A stretch of DNA of 64,000 nt, taken from assembly GCF_001194135.2 (NCBI RefSeq), contig NC_068983.1, forward strand, positions 29,014,865-29,078,864. The letters run 5' to 3'. Origin of the DNA: Octopus bimaculoides (taxonomy: Eukaryota). The translations under genes and the position numbers were made by a program. Shown piece after piece: positions 25,622-40,349 of this stretch. Every line of letters starts with the position of its first letter. Within the stretch, counting starts at the first letter, position 1. The notes beneath the pieces are model-generated. The model searched no databases and was not told the DNA's origin. It saw only the letters and a program-made list of their open reading frames with translations.

Positions 25622-25836
25622 TGAAGAGGCGCTGAAAAGTTCCTGGTTTTGAGTAAAAGAAAATATAGGAGGATCAGTTAATTATGATTTTATTCAACAT
25701 ATTCCCCTCTCAGGTTCACACTTATTGCAGCAGTCCTTCAGTTTTTCTAAGCCTTGTAAAAGAATTCAGAAGGTCGGATGTCCAACCAGGCCTTTCACAA
25801 TAACCTTAAAGCCAGGAACTTTTCTGCACCCCCTCA
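25622..25836. mobile_element. Mariner-type MITE
   Basis: TIRs tgaagaggcgctgaaaagttcctgg / ccaggaacttttctgcaccccctca flanked by TA. Confidence 0.75.
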
Positions 25837-26802
25837 TATGTGTGTGTGTGTGTGTCTTTGTGTTTATCCATGCTTCACTTAACAGCTAGTATTGGTTTCT
25901 GTAACTTAGTGGTCTGACAACAGAGTAGAACAGGATAAGTACTGGACTTAAAATAAATAAGTACTAATGTCGATTTTTTTCAGCTAAACCCTTCAAGGTG
26001 GGGGCCCAGCATGGCCACAATCATATGACTGAAATAAATAAAAGATAATAGATAAAAGTGAACATTAAATATAAGAATAAAAGATTATATCGTTGAAATG
26101 TTAAAATCTGAGACTGCACAAATTAGATCTAAATGTATGGAACCTTGCAGATATTTTTCCAAACATAGAAAAAAACATAATCAAAAGAAAATATTTCATA
26201 AAAAAATCTTAATTAATTAAAGATAATTTCCAAAAGTACATAATTGCTGAATACTGGATTGAAAAATAAAAATTAATAAATAAACAGTTTTTCAAAAAAA
26301 AATCCAATATTACAAAGAACCATTCTGCAGCAGTAACATAATTCAAGAGGAAATATGGAATATTATATTTATTTGGTCAATATTGTAAAAGCCATAATCT
26401 GTATAAATTATAGAATGTTGATTCTTTCTTTCATTTTCTTTTTTTTTTTTTTTTTCATTTTTTAATGTTGTTCTTTAATCAAAATCTGTCATTGATAGCT
26501 AAAGATAGCCCTTATTAACATTATTGATTTTTGTTAGTTATTGTTCTTTTTCTTGTTTAGCCTAGCAGTCCTTAAACTGACAAATACCAGGAACCCTATT
26601 CAACCAAAAATTATTGGTGAAATTTCCTCTACATCACCATCTTTAAAAATAGTTTCGAATTTTGACAAAAGGCTAGTAATTTTACTGGGAGGGTGTAAGT
26701 TCGATTACAATGACCTCTCATTGCTCAACAGGGACTTATTTTATTGACCCAGAAAGAATGAAAGGTAAAGTTAACCTCAGCAGAATTTGAAATCAGAAAG
26801 GT

Positions 26803-27030
26803 GGCGAGCTGGCAGAAACGTCAGCATACTGGGCGAAATGCTTAGCAGTATTTCATCTGCCGCTACGTTCTGAGTTCAAATTCCACCGAGGTCGACTTTG
26901 CCTTTCATCCTTTCGGGGTCGATTAAATAAGTACCAGTTACACACTGGGGTCGATGTAATTGACGTAATCCCTTTGTCTTTCCTTGTTTGTCCCTTCTAT
27001 GTTTAGCCCCTTGTGGACAATAAAGAAATA
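26803..27030 (+). mobile_element. Family C tRNA-like SINE, best-conserved copy
   Basis: ggtggcgagctggcagaa head, GAGTTCAAATTCC B box, gaggtcgactttgcctttcatcctttcggggtcgat central domain; other copies near 2371, 9440, 10215, 10585, 17720, 20810, 20985, 30045 (minus), 50339 and 51495. Confidence 0.85.
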
Positions 27031-27475
27031 AGAATTTGAAATTAGAATGTAAAATACTGGAAGAAATTCCATTAGGAATATTGTCTATCATGCTAACGAT
27101 TCTACTTAATGCTAATGATTCGGCTTACCCCCACCTTTACCATATAATTCTTTTTTCTTTGCCATGGTGTTGGTAAGTTTAAAATTTTTGAAACCATCTT
27201 ACTTTTATTAAACATAGCAATTTGTCCACCCTGTTTGTCAATTCTCCAACCCCCATGATGATGATGATGATGTGTGTGTGTGTGAGACCACCACTTCACA
27301 ACTGGTGTTGGTGTGTTCATGTCCCCATAACTTAGCAGTTCAGCAAAAAGGGACCGATAGAATAAGTACATGGCTTATAAAAAAATAAGCACTACGGTTG
27401 ATTCATTTGACTGAAAATTCTTCAAAGCAGTGCCCCAGCTTGGCTACAGTCTAATGTGTGAAACAAGTAAAAGAT

Positions 27476-27515
<40 letters not shown>

Positions 27516-27739
27516 GTGGTTGGATCTTCCTTTTGTGAAATTAAAACAAAATGGACAGAAATCAGAATTGGTATTTTGTCATTTAAATCTTTTTTCACCC
27601 TGTACTACCTGGCAGGTTTGTAATTGATTTACAAATTAATGACTTCTGTAGAGAAAACTAAAAACTATATAGCGAGTGTTTTTACTGTGTTTATAAATAA
27701 GCAACATAGCACTAAATTGTTATAGTGTATGTAGAGAGC

Positions 27740-28200
27740 GCAGAATCACCATTTGATTCTAATATTAATTGAGTCAACAAGACATTCTGAGCTGTGATGA
27801 GCTTCAGGCATTTGCCATATTCTGAACACCTTACTTCCCTGGGTATGGATACATTGAAACTCCGACGTCTGGTAGCTGACTTGGCAGACACCCATAAAAT
27901 TATTAACCATCTTACTAACAATAACTCTGAGCACCTTTTCAAATTCCACCTGTCTAACACCTGTGGACATGTTTACAATGTCAGAAAACAGCACAGCTCC
28001 AATGACTTTCGGAAATGACTTTTTCACGCTAAGAGTTGCTGAAGTATGGAACAAACTGTCAGCATCAGTTGTTAGTTGTCGGAGCACTGTATCCTTCAAA
28101 ACTCCCATGCTTCCTGAGATTCGCCAACACTACACCTGATTTTCTCCCCTCCATACACACACAAGCATGTATCTAACTCATACACTGTTTACATTTCCAT
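27740..28200 (+). mobile_element. CR1-clade LINE 3' fragment
   Basis: LPYSEHLTSLGMDTLKLRRLVADL, TCGHVYNV, FTLRVAEVWNKL motifs. Confidence 0.85.
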
Positions 28201-28959
28201 CTACCAAATCCACTTACTCACAAGGTTTTGTTCGGCCCAAGGCTACAGTAGAAGACACTTGCTCAAGGTGCCATGCAGTGGGACTGAACCAGGAACCATG
28301 TGGTTGGGAAGGAAGCTTCTTACCATGCAACCACTCCTGCACCTAATAATCAAATTTTTTAAATAACAAAATAATCTGGAATGAATAACCAAAATATATT
28401 TTGCAATATTAAGTAAATGTTTGAAACACAATTTAATATAACTTTCTTACATAAATTTATGATGGCATATTTTAATTTAAATCTTTACACTTCAAGACAG
28501 ATAGTTTGTATCCTAAGACCCAAGGCAATCTCAGGCGGCTGAGTTTCAAAGGGTTAATAGAATACCATATCCAAGACAAGATATTCCAGAAAAAGATGCA
28601 AGTATTACATAATACCTTCAAGTCTGCAATGATTAGAAGCTTGTATTATATATTTAGAGTAAGTTAATTTATAAAATTTCCAAATTTATCTAATTAATTA
28701 ACAGTACAATAATTAATAGAATTAAGAAACTTCAAAGATAAACTTCACTAAAACTATACAAGAGTCTCTGACATTTAATTACCATCAATTGTAATCACAA
28801 TCACCCTTATGAATCAAACTTAAGCACTATGAGTGTTATTCCATAGCCAACAACTATAAAATTTGACATAACCATATTCCTTTATTCAAGTTATGAGTGG
28901 CAAATTATTTCCAATATTTGCAATGTATACATTGTCACTATTGATGATCCCTCAGGATA

Positions 28960-29575
28960 AACAATGATTCTCTACCAGCTGTAACTTCTGTGGACCTACC
29001 TTTGACTTTAAAAGCTAATATGGGATCCACAAGTCCAGCAGAACACTGAGCATTTGTTTCCTCACAAGAAGTGCTGTGTTGGTCACTTTGACATATTGGT
29101 TATGTTCATGCATATCATTGAGATGTTTGGTTTATGCAGTGTTGAAGTATTAGGCTCCATTTGTGTCAGTCATTTGCCAACAATTCCCATTTAGACATAT
29201 GGATGCCACAGTTTTTTTCTAATTTCCTTTAAGTGCATCTTTAAAACGGCTTCCTTTGTCCCTCCTCACATGCACTTTCCATCATTCAGCTGGGAATAAA
29301 AGTTGTTAAGTAATTTACAGTTCAGTATTCATATGACAGAATCAACCATCATAGCTGATATCACAAAATCATGGTTTAACTGTAGAAGATACTGGCTCGT
29401 TCAAGTATACTGACATTTTTTCTACCTATTATGTCACTAGATATGCCTGATTTTCTTCAGACAGCTCTAGTGATATATTTCCAGAAGGTGTAGCATCTAA
29501 CTTGTCCAAGTTTCAGCACCATGTAGGAGAGTGAATATAACTATTATCTAATACACCATAGGTTTGGCCAGTTAT
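28960..29575 (-). mobile_element. Decayed RTE-clade LINE 3' fragment
   Basis: TLLHGAETWT, KNVSILERAS, QLNDGK..GGQRK.FKDALK and C..C..CGSHI motifs across frameshifts. Confidence 0.75.
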
Positions 29576-29609
29576 CTGCAATCATGATTCTCACATACTT
29601 GTCTCTTAA

Positions 29610-29899
29610 CCCATTGCCTCCCATAATTCTATTAACTGGAATTTTTTTATGAAACTTTGATTTCTAGCATAAAACAGCCTTAGAAACACGCTGGAATGAT
29701 CAAAATAACATTTCAAAATAACATTCTAAATAGAAATAAGCAAGATGTTGGGTGAAAAATTAGCAAACCTCATTTGAAAATCAGAGAAATATACCTAGTA
29801 GATATAGCAAAAAGGTTAGATATGTGTAAATATTGACAGATAATTACGAAATTTGTAATTTTTAAGTGATCTCATATGTGATCACTGGTAGGTAATGGG
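29610..29899. mobile_element. piggyBac-like MITE
   Basis: TTAA|CCCATTGCCTCCCA ... TGGTAGGTAATGGG|TTAA. Confidence 0.7.
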
Positions 29900-31004
29900 T
29901 TAAAATAACCAAAGGTTACAGACACATTTTATTTTATTCGGTGATGGGTCTCCTCATCGATATGTGCATTCTGTGAAAGGCAACAAACACCATTAATATT
30001 AACCTGTACAATTAAGCTACAAAAGAATATTTTAGATATTGGTTTCAAATTTTAGCACAAGGCCAGCAATTTCGGGGGTGGAGGTAAATCAGTTACATCA
30101 ACCCCAGTGCTCTACTGGTACTTATCTTACCGACCCCAAAAGGATGAAAAGCAAAGTCAACCTCAGTGGAATTTGAACTCAAAATGTAAAGACAACAAAA
30201 TACCACTAAACATTTAACCAGATGTGTTAATGATTCTACCAGTTCACACCTTAAGAATATTTTGAATATTAGAAATATTCAGCAAAACTTCAATCATACT
30301 CATTTTATTGATGTTAAGTACTACTCAGCCAGGGTTCTATATGGCAAAACAGTTTGGTTTGTAACTACACAGTTTTTGGTTTAATCCTACAACAAGATAT
30401 CTTGGACTAACACCTTGGACTAATATCATAGTCTCAGGCCTGTAATCTCTGAGTTGTGTATTTGTGTACACACACATACATTTTACAACTGGGAAAAGTA
30501 AAAACAATGTGTACACACAGATATTTTATTAATTAAAAAAATTTGAAAAATGATTACTTGCATATGTGTGCAATATTTTATAAAGAAAGACGATTTACCC
30601 CACATGCAAATTTCTGTGCACACCCACAGCACAAAGATATAGTGAACATCACCTGTGAGTAACATCTGTTCTTGGGCAGTAGATGTAATATATTACCCAG
30701 TTTAACACCATCATCTGGGCCATGGATGTCATTGCGATGTATATTCAGGAATAAGCATTTTACCACATCTCCTATCTAAGTATCACTTCTTACCCCCTTT
30801 TCCACAATTCTTGGAAACCATAAAAGGGTCTCAGGCATTGTCCTTCCTCTTCTATGTGGTTAAGTTCACTTTACAACCATATGGTTTTGGATTGAGTCCC
30901 ACTGTGTGACACTTTGGGCAAGTGTCTTCTAAGAGAATCTTGGGCTGACCAATGCCTTGTGAGTGAGTATAGTAGACAGAAACAGTGTAGAAGCTTATCA
31001 TTAT

Positions 31005-31167
31005 AGGTGCAGGAGTGGCTGTGTGGTAAGTAGCTTGCTTACCAACTACATGGTTCTGGGTTCAGTCCCACTGCGTAGCACCTTGGGCAAGTGTCTTCTA
31101 CTATAGCCTCGGGCTGACCAATGCCTTGTGAGTGGATTTGGTAGACAGAAACTGAAAGAAGCCCGTC

Positions 31168-31223
<56 letters not shown>

Positions 31224-31500
31224 CCAACCCATGCTAGCATGGAAAGCGGACGTTAAACGATGATGATGATGATATATGTACACATATGTTTGTGTGTCTG
31301 TGTTTGTCCCCCCATCATCGCTTGACAACCGATGCTGGTGTATTTACGTTCGCGACACTTAGCGGTTCAGCAAGAGTGATCGATAAAATAAGTACTAGGC
31401 TTACAAAGAATAAGTCCTGGGGTCGATTTGCTTGACTAAAGGTGGTGCTCCAGTATGGCCACAGTCAAATGACTGAAACAAATAAAAGAATAAAAGAATT
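31005..31500 (+). mobile_element. Family A SINE with a family D/RTE tail inserted in its microsatellite
   Basis: Consensus halves flank ccaacccatgctagcatggaaagcggacgttaaacgatgatgat. Confidence 0.85.
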
Positions 31501-32484
31501 CATACATGCTTGCATGTGTGTATGGATGTATGAATGTATGTCATGTTTTTGTTCCCCATCACTGCTCGACCACCAGTGTTTGTTTGTTTATGCCACCAGA
31601 ATTTAGCAGTTCAACAAAGAGAAGTATTAGACTTAAAAATCGTATTAGACTTTTAAAAAGTACTGAGGACGATTTGTTCAACTATCTATCTTAAAGGTGG
31701 TGCCCTAGCATGGCCACAGTCCAGTGACTGAAGCAAATAAAAGATAAAAAAGATAAAAGAAATGATAATGAGCAATCTATCGACAATTTCATAGATTAAT
31801 GAACCAAAGTTGACAATTCCAAATAAAGTATTTTACTTTATAACAAGCCAAGCCAAACGCCAAACCAGTATGCAAAGCCCATATCTTGTGATTTAATATA
31901 TAAGATCTCTTCAGCAATTCTTGATTCAATATTCAAGACTTGAAAGTGTTAATCCAATACATAAAATCTATATTCACTGTTATATGAGATCTATTACAAT
32001 GTAATTAATGAGTTACATTTAAGTTCTGTGACTTGCGAAATGTTCTCAGAATTTATTAAGTATTTTTTTTTTAATAAAATAGCAGTAATTACATATTCAG
32101 GTACAAATTTTTCTTCAAATTAAATTTTCTAAAGAAAAATTTTAAATCTGATTCCAAACAAAAAAGTTTTATTATAAACGATATATTCTGAACAATCTAT
32201 CTCATTCTATGTAATATCCTACTAAATATAATACCTTCTCACAAACAAAATATCTTAGTATATCTATGTGGTTAAGTAGTTTGACAACATATTGAGCAAA
32301 TATTTTTTATCAAAACTTCAAGCTGGCCAATGCCTTGTAAATACAATTTGCTAGAAGACTGACTGGCACTGTGTCAATTACAAGGACAAGGGTTCAAGTT
32401 GATCTGATCAATGGGACAGCCTTCTCGTGAGATTAACATACAAGTGGTTGAGCATTCCACAGACATATACATACTCTTCATGTA

Positions 32485-33768
32485 TGAGGCTAAGTAAAAA
32501 CTAAGCAACGTTTTGAAACATGAAATTCACCACAATATATTTCAACTAATCGGAAATTTTATTCATTAAAGTAAGTACCATTACAATCAACACATTTTTA
32601 CCAACGAGTTACAAGTTTGTTTATTCCGGTAACATAAAAACCTGGAGTTCTGGAGCTGATGAACTCTTTGAATGTACTTTCAGCATCAGTTTGATTTTTG
32701 AACTTCTCTCACAGGAAGCCATCAAGGTGCTTGAAAAAGTGGTAGTCAGTGGGAGAAAGGTCTGGGGAATAAGCTGGATGGGGAAGAACTTCGTAGCCAA
32801 GTTCCCTCAACTTCTGGAGTGTCATTAGTGAAACGTGTGGTCAAGCATTGTCATGAAGAATAATTGGCCCTCTTCTATTGACCAGTCTGGGATGGAGGAG
32901 TAGCAGTTTTTCATTCATTTTGGCATTTTTATGGCAATATGTTTCAGAAGTAATGTTTTTTCTGGGTTTTAAGAAGTTATAGTGGATGAATCCAGCAGTA
33001 CACCACCAAACAGTCACCATAACCTTCTTTTTGAAGAGCTTGGGTTTAGGGAAGGTCTCTGATGCTTCATTTTGGTGTAACCACAGCAAAGAACGATTTT
33101 TTTTTTATTATACAGAATCCACTTTTCATTACAAGTTACAAAACGGACGAGAAATGGATTGCTCTGGTTATGGAGAAGAAGCGACGAGCATATTTCATAT
33201 CTGCACATTTTCTGATTTTCATTCAAATAGTGTGGTACCCATTTGTCGAGCTTTTTTGATTTTCCAATCACATGCAAATGGTTGCAGGCAGTTTTCTGGC
33301 TAACTTGAAGTTCTTTTATCAGTTCTTGAGTGGTTTTACATGGATCTTTCTCAACAACGGTCTTTAATTGACTGTCATTGATGACAGATGGGTGTCCACT
33401 ATGCTCACGATCTTCAAGGCTCAGGTCTCCACTGTGAAATCATTTAAACCATTTTCAAGCTGATTACTTACTGGTCATTTTCTCACCAAATGTTTTGTTG
33501 ATATCGCAACCAGTTTCAGCTGTTTTATGTCCTCTTCTGAAGTTGAATAGCAAAATTACTCATATATCATACTTTGACAGTTCCATTTCAAATAGTTGTA
33601 ACAATGGTGAAAAAAATATCAATGTTAATTTATTGATGCATTTGGGAAAGTCTATGTCTGTATTATCAGACAATTGCAAAAAAAATGTTTAAAAAATTCA
33701 GAACTCTGCATAAATCCAGTACAAATTGTTCATAGTTCAAAATGTCCCTTACTTTTTACACAACCTGA
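32485..33768 (-). mobile_element. Full-length decayed mariner transposon (about 1.28 kb); transposase remnant about 33586-32559
   Basis: Imperfect TIRs (tgaggctaagtaaaaactaag / tcaggttgtgtaaaaagtaag) flanked by TA; WVPH, HDNA and HPAYSPDLSPTDY motifs with stops and frameshifts. Confidence 0.92.
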
Positions 33769-34899
33769 TAGTTTTCAGAGATTCAGCACAACACAAGATG
33801 AGACAAGGCTGACCTTTTGAAGTACAGATGCTACTCATTTTTACCAGCTGAGTGGACCGGAGCAACACAGAATAAAGTGTCTTGCTCAAGAATACAACAC
33901 ATCACTGGGTACTGAGCTCACAACCTTTCAATTGCAAACCAAATACCCTAAACACTAAGCCACATGCTTTCACCATTTGCTAGATAGAACCCGTATAGCC
34001 TCATGCGCGTATGCGTATAACTTTTAATTGGCAGAAAGTTACAAAAGTGCCTCAAGAGCTAAGAGTTTTGTGCATGGTACTTATTAAACTGCCTTCAAAT
34101 CTGGGAGTTTGCTTCTTTATATAGAATGAAATGCAATTATTTCCAGAGAATTCACTTAGAAATTGAATTTAAAAGTTATGTAAAAAATGTGTATCTTTCA
34201 AATAGTCAGCTTGGCAAGCAGTAAAAATGAAAAGAAAACACACACATATATTACATATGGTATTACCTATATACATAAGCTATTGCCCATAGACACACAC
34301 ACACACACATACACAAATATACAATACATATACTTGCACTATTATAGTGTGTGTGAGAGAGAGACAGACAGACAGCATATTTTCAGACAATGGATTACAA
34401 CAATACTGAGGTACTCCAGTCAAGGGTTTGAATGACTTGTTTTTCTTTATTTTTTTTACTGCTTAACTGGCAGGCTATGTGAAAAAAATACAGATATTTC
34501 CTGTGGTCTAAATTAATTTTTAAACTTATATTCCAGCAAAAATTGTAATTATTTCAGTATAAAGAAGTAAATTCAGTTTGACAAGTGTCATGCTCAAAAC
34601 TCAGAATCACATTATGATGTTCCCACATCATCTCAATCCCCACAGCTAAATGACTTTCAAATAAATAACTGAAGAGTTATCTACAATACATATATTTCAT
34701 ATATATATATATAACAAACTACATGTGACAACAAAGGAGGTAAACCTCAACATCAGTGGAAATAGAGAACTATATTGATTGTTTAATACAGATGTGGAGA
34801 CTTACTTACTGATCTTTAAGTTTCTATGTCAACAATTCAATGATCATTGTATGCCTTCAGCTGTGCAAGTCCAGTGCATATGGCACCATCAATTACATT

Positions 34900-34939
<40 letters not shown>

Positions 34940-35059
34940 GTGGGGACTCCTCACAGGTAAGGAACATAAATACAAATTCTTCTGAATGGGAAACACCACT
35001 ATAGTTGGTGTAGTGGTCATATTGTTAGGAGAGAAATAGATAAAGTATTGAAGTAGTTA

Positions 35060-35500
35060 GAGAAAGAGAATAATTACGCTTAGACTAGGTATGGGCACTG
35101 AATGCAGAGGATGTGTGATGGTGGAAAAAAATGAAGTGAACATGTTCTTTTGGTTGTGTGATGTTGGTGTGCATGTAAAACAGATCGCAAATAAGCTGAA
35201 TGGAAAACTGGGTATAAAAGGAATCAGCTGTAGTGGTAAGATGAGAAAGACTGATCTGTTATTGATGTGTATAAAGGATTGTAGTTAGGTAAAGAAGTGC
35301 TTAATATTCCATGTGGGAGAAAGCTGAGGAGGAGGAAGACATGGAAGAAAATAATAAAAAGAAAATGGTGGAAGTTGACCTCAGGAAGCTAAACTTTATG
35401 AACGAGATGACAAAGGACCATGAAAAATAGTGAAATCTTATGTTGAAAAGGACTTATTCAACCTTGGAAAGCATGGAAAAATGATTCAAATGATGATGAT
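35060..35500 (+). mobile_element. Decayed RTE-type LINE 3' end with (GAT)n tail
   Basis: VEVDLRKLNFMNEMTKDHEK motif; gcatggaaaa..gatgatgat tail shared with SINE family D. Confidence 0.55.
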
Positions 35501-35627
35501 GATGACAATGGTGACAATAATGACGATGATGATGATAATGATGTTGATGACGGTGATATACTACTTTGCAAATGGTGTAATAAACAAAACAAGATTACTC
35601 AATACACATAGTAGAGTGAAATAGTTT

Positions 35628-35830
35628 ATTCTTTTACTCTTTTAATTGTTTCAGTCATTTGACTGCGGCCATGCTGGAGCACCGCCTTTAGTCAAGCAAA
35701 TCGACCCCGAGACTTATTCTTTGTAAGCCTAGTATCTATTCTATCGGTCTCTCTTTGCCAAACCGCTAAGTGACGGGGACATAAACACACCAGCATCGGT
35801 TATCAAGCAATGCTAGGGGGACAAACACAG

Positions 35831-35883
<53 letters not shown>

Positions 35884-36044
35884 ACGGGCTTCTTTCAGTT
35901 TCTGTCTACTGAATCCACTCACAAGACTTTGGTCAGCCCAAGGCTATAGTAGAAGACACTTGCCCAAGGTGCCATGCAGTGGAACTGAACCCGGAACCGT
36001 GTGGTTGGTAAGCAAGCTACTTACCACACAGCCACTCCTGCGCC
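35628..36044 (-). mobile_element. Family A SINE, complete
   Basis: Matches consensus. Confidence 0.9.
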
Positions 36045-38024
36045 TAGTTATAAATTCATAGCAGTATATGTGTGTCTGATTGTGTGTAGGTGTGTTCTGA
36101 CAATGGATTACAGAAATCTTGGGGCACTATATTCAAGGGTTTTTAGTCAATTATATTGACCGTGGTACTTTGTCTGTAGAGAGATAGAAGGAAGTCATTA
36201 AAATTAATAATATTTGTATACCACAGGAGATGATCTGATGTTGGTATCTAATTAGTAAAGTTGGTGCAACAAATCAATTCTAATTGATCTGATTTACTCA
36301 AGAACAACAGCAACAACAAAGTTGGGTCTAAAGAGATCAATACTATTTTAGAGCCAATGAGAAAGCCGCTTTGTAATTTCCTGACTTGTTAGAAATTGCA
36401 ACCAAGCCACCCTCAAATTGTAATAACCCACTGTCTTAAAAAAGATAGAAGAAGGGGTACATTGGACAATGTAGTCCAAAATATAAGGGTAGAGGTCAGG
36501 ATCATCATGACTAGAATACTTTTGATGATAGGTCTTCTTCATTGCTTCATCAGGGTTGACTTAGGACTAAAAAAAAAACATTAATTTGAAAAGTCAAACA
36601 GCTGAGGCTTCTGTTGATGCTTTGTATAGAATTGTAATTTTGTTTTTCTTATGGCTGTGTCTGAATATAACGAGTGTTATTCATCGTCTGTGATGCTTCA
36701 ACTGAACTCCTAATTATCAATGGAGGGAAAGGAAGAAATTAAAACAGTTAATTAAGAATGCTAAACGATAATGAAGGAAAGCAAATATTGGTTGTTATTA
36801 TTGATGTTATTGTTGTTGTTTAACCCCAGGTCAAACCTATCACCAACCATAATCATTGCATCTTTGTAAGGATATCTAGGACTACATTGTTCAATGTGTC
36901 TTTTCTCTGGGATGCAAGTGTGTGGTTTGATGAAGGTTTAGCTACTATTTTTAGGTTTTAGTGACTTCTTTGTTGGCTTAAGTAAGTATTCATTTTTGTT
37001 GTGTTTTAGTCCTTGGTCAGCTTTTGCTGACCTCTGGTTATAAGTTTCCTTATGAAAACCTATGAAAAAAGGTCATTCCAATTATGACCACCCTGTCTTT
37101 CTGTCAAGTATTGTGTATCAAAGACTACATTATTCAATGCATCTTTCTCTTTGTTGGAGCAACAGGGTGTAATAAAAGAGAGATTTGTTTGCTATTTCTA
37201 GCTAGCAGGTTCATGAACCATACAGAGGCATACTATTGAAATGTTTATTGTTGTTTCAAATAGGAATAATTTAAGCATTAAAGATAAAGACAAGGTATAC
37301 AAAGTGATAAAAAAAAATACTTAGGATCAAGCTTAGGGATATCCCAGCCCTATGATTGCTTCCCATCATATCCTAAAAGACCAAGGGATTTTTTCCAATT
37401 GAAGGTATGATTTGAACTCAGCACACACAGAGTTGAAACAGACACCTCAAGGTATCTTTTTCAACATTTTTACATTCTATCAATCTAGTACCCTGCCCTG
37501 GTATTTTATGTATTGATCCTGAAAAATTACAAAATTATAAAATTGATTTTGGAACTGGTGTTGTATATAAACTATTCTAAACATGCCACGTATTTTTCAG
37601 CTATTGGACCTAACCAAGTAGACCATTAATCAAAAGCACTCGAACCATACCCATCCAATCTTTTTTTTTTTTTTCTTCCTCCTGGGATATAGTGTATCTA
37701 CATCAGCATCATCCCTTTCGTTTTTAGATGGAAGGATGTGATTCAGGGAAGATTTGGCTACTATTTCTAGTAGATTCAAGGCCTGCAAAAAAAGGCTCTA
37801 TAACTGGCTCCTTAGTGCTCATTCTAATAATGTTGTTGGTGTATCTGTGAGAGCTTTGGGTCAACCAAAGTCTTTTGAATGAAATTTGTAAGATATGAAC
37901 TGTCTGGAAGATCACTGTAGGGACTGTTTAATACCACAATTTAGGGGTCTAATTAAAGTTTGTACTAGCTGGGGAGAAGGTCCTTGATTATGCCACCCAC
38001 CACCATCATCCTGTCACACAGAAA

Positions 38025-38075
<51 letters not shown>

Positions 38076-39058
38076 ACACTACATAATTCATATTAAAAAA
38101 TATTACACTCTAAAAATGCTGCTCAGGAAAAAATGCTTACCCACATACACATAAGATCCAGGTGGTTGCTACATTAGTGCCATCACCTGATCCTTAGAAG
38201 CAGAATTCACTTAACTGCAAGCAGTTAAATAAAACCTTTTCCTCTCTTCTGCCAATAAATCTCAGAAGCCCTGAAAATGGCCATGCCAAGAGTATTGCCC
38301 TTCCCTTCTTCCTCTGAATAAATAAACCATATTTAAAAGAAAAAAAATTAAAAACACTTACATAAACATCATTTATTGGATATCAGATTCACTGTTGAAT
38401 ATGCAGACAACTGATTAGCTATAAGTTAAAGTACATACAGTGCAGCCAATATTATACCTCCGTGTACATATTCTACTGCCAAAACTACAGTAGCAATTCA
38501 GGCCAAATCTGAAATTATGTTCATAGCTCACAGTTCATAAATATATATGCTTGTCAATTACATATGATTACATCAGTGGGTCCGTGTGTGAAAGAGAGAG
38601 AGTGTGTGTGAGTTTGTAAGTATGTGTGTGTCTGTGTATGTGAATGTGCTTAAGCACTCTTAAAAGCACAAACACAAATACATCTTCACTTGTCTTGTCT
38701 TCTGGATGAAGTGATTATTTCTGGTGTTTACTTACAGCAATACTCAGTGCTACTAATAACTTCTCCAGAAGATGAGACAAAGAGAAGACTAGACTAGAAA
38801 CATCAATGAATCATATAGGAACTTTATCATAAACAAAATATCAACGACTTATAATAAAGAAATACAAAATACCCCTTAATAAAAATATTAAAACTCAAGA
38901 GCAGTTGTTTTCTTAAAAATGCATGTTGAAAAGAAAAAGTTTTCACACCACATCATGTACACAAACTAATGAATATATATAATTAGGTGCGGGCATGGCT
39001 GTGCATATAGGCTGTGCAGGTAGGCACAGGTATGGCTGTGTGGTAAGAAGCTTGCTTC

Positions 39059-39431
39059 TGACCGACCCAAGCTGGAGTGCTTGGAAGAAGCACTAAGTTT
39101 CAAGAGTGAGGGCCGGGAAGAGATAAGAGGATAAGTGCCTCATAATGACAGGGTGTGTAGCCCTCAAAAATTGTAAGAGGCATGTGCCTCATTTTTTGTA
39201 ATTGTGTTGAAAATTGTAAAGTAAGAGGTTTATTGCCTCAGTTTGTTAAAATTTTGTAATTTAAAAAAAAAAGAACAAAGTTTTAGAGAAGCAAAGTTCA
39301 GCGGGTGGCTTCGTCTTCTCCCATCTATATCATCATGTACACTATTCATTTCATCTCATTAATGTTTTTGTCCAGCCCGCTTTGCTTCTTGCAACTCTGT
39401 GTTCAGCCCTAGTGGCTAATTTGATGAAATA
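39059..39431 (+). mobile_element. 373-bp retroposed insertion in a family A SINE head
   Basis: Perfect 14-bp TSD aagaagcttgcttc (39045-39058 and 39432-39445). Confidence 0.7.
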
Positions 39432-40309
39432 AAGAAGCTTGCTTCCTAATCACATGGTCCCAGGTTCAGTCCAGAGCAGTAGTACCTTGGGTGAGTGTCT
39501 TCTACTATAGGCTGAGGCCAATCAAAGTGAGTACATCTGGTAGATGCCCATCGTGCGTGTGTGTGTGTGTGTGTGTGTAAAAAAAACTTTGTATCTATGT
39601 TTGTCCCCTACCACTGCTTAACAAATGGTACTGGTGTGTTTACATTTCCATAACTTAGCAGTTCAGCAAAACAGACCGACAGAATAAGTATCAGGCTTAA
39701 AAATAAAATGTAATAGGGTTAATTTATTCGATTAAAATTCTTCAAGGTGGTGCCCCAGCAAGGTCACAGTCTAATGACAGAAACAAGTAAAAGATAATAG
39801 AAAAAAAAAGGTCATTACACACACACACGCATACACACACACTCACTCTCCCCTCTTTTTCTCTCTCTTCCTCCCTTTCTCTCTCTCCCCTCCTTTTCTC
39901 TTTCTCTCTCTCTCTCACACATGCACACACAGAGACATATATACACATATGTTCATTTCTGTTAATTTATCAAGAAGCAGTATTTTACAGAACTTAGTAT
40001 GTAAAAGACAGAGTATTCTTTAACATTTCTTAAAAGAATGACTCTAAATTAGCAATACTCTTGAATTTCGCATTTCTGCTCTTTCAGCTCGTAATCTGAG
40101 ATTGTTGCCTCATAAATCATTGAATGTTTGAATGTATTTTAAAATATTATATGAAAACTATAAAGAAATGCTTATCTCAACATTTTTTTAAAAAAAACTG
40201 TGCAAGTAATATTTATAAAAATGGCTGTTTCAAGATCATATTTTCCATCTCATTTCAGGCTCTCATGAGAATGCAAAAATAATCTATAAATCACGCATAC
40301 ATCCATGCA

Positions 40310-40349
<40 letters not shown>

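Noticed and set aside
30578-30775. IGDVVKCLFLNIH... minus ORF as an exon
   Set aside because: The acceptor lacks a pyrimidine tract and no phase link to other exons could be made.
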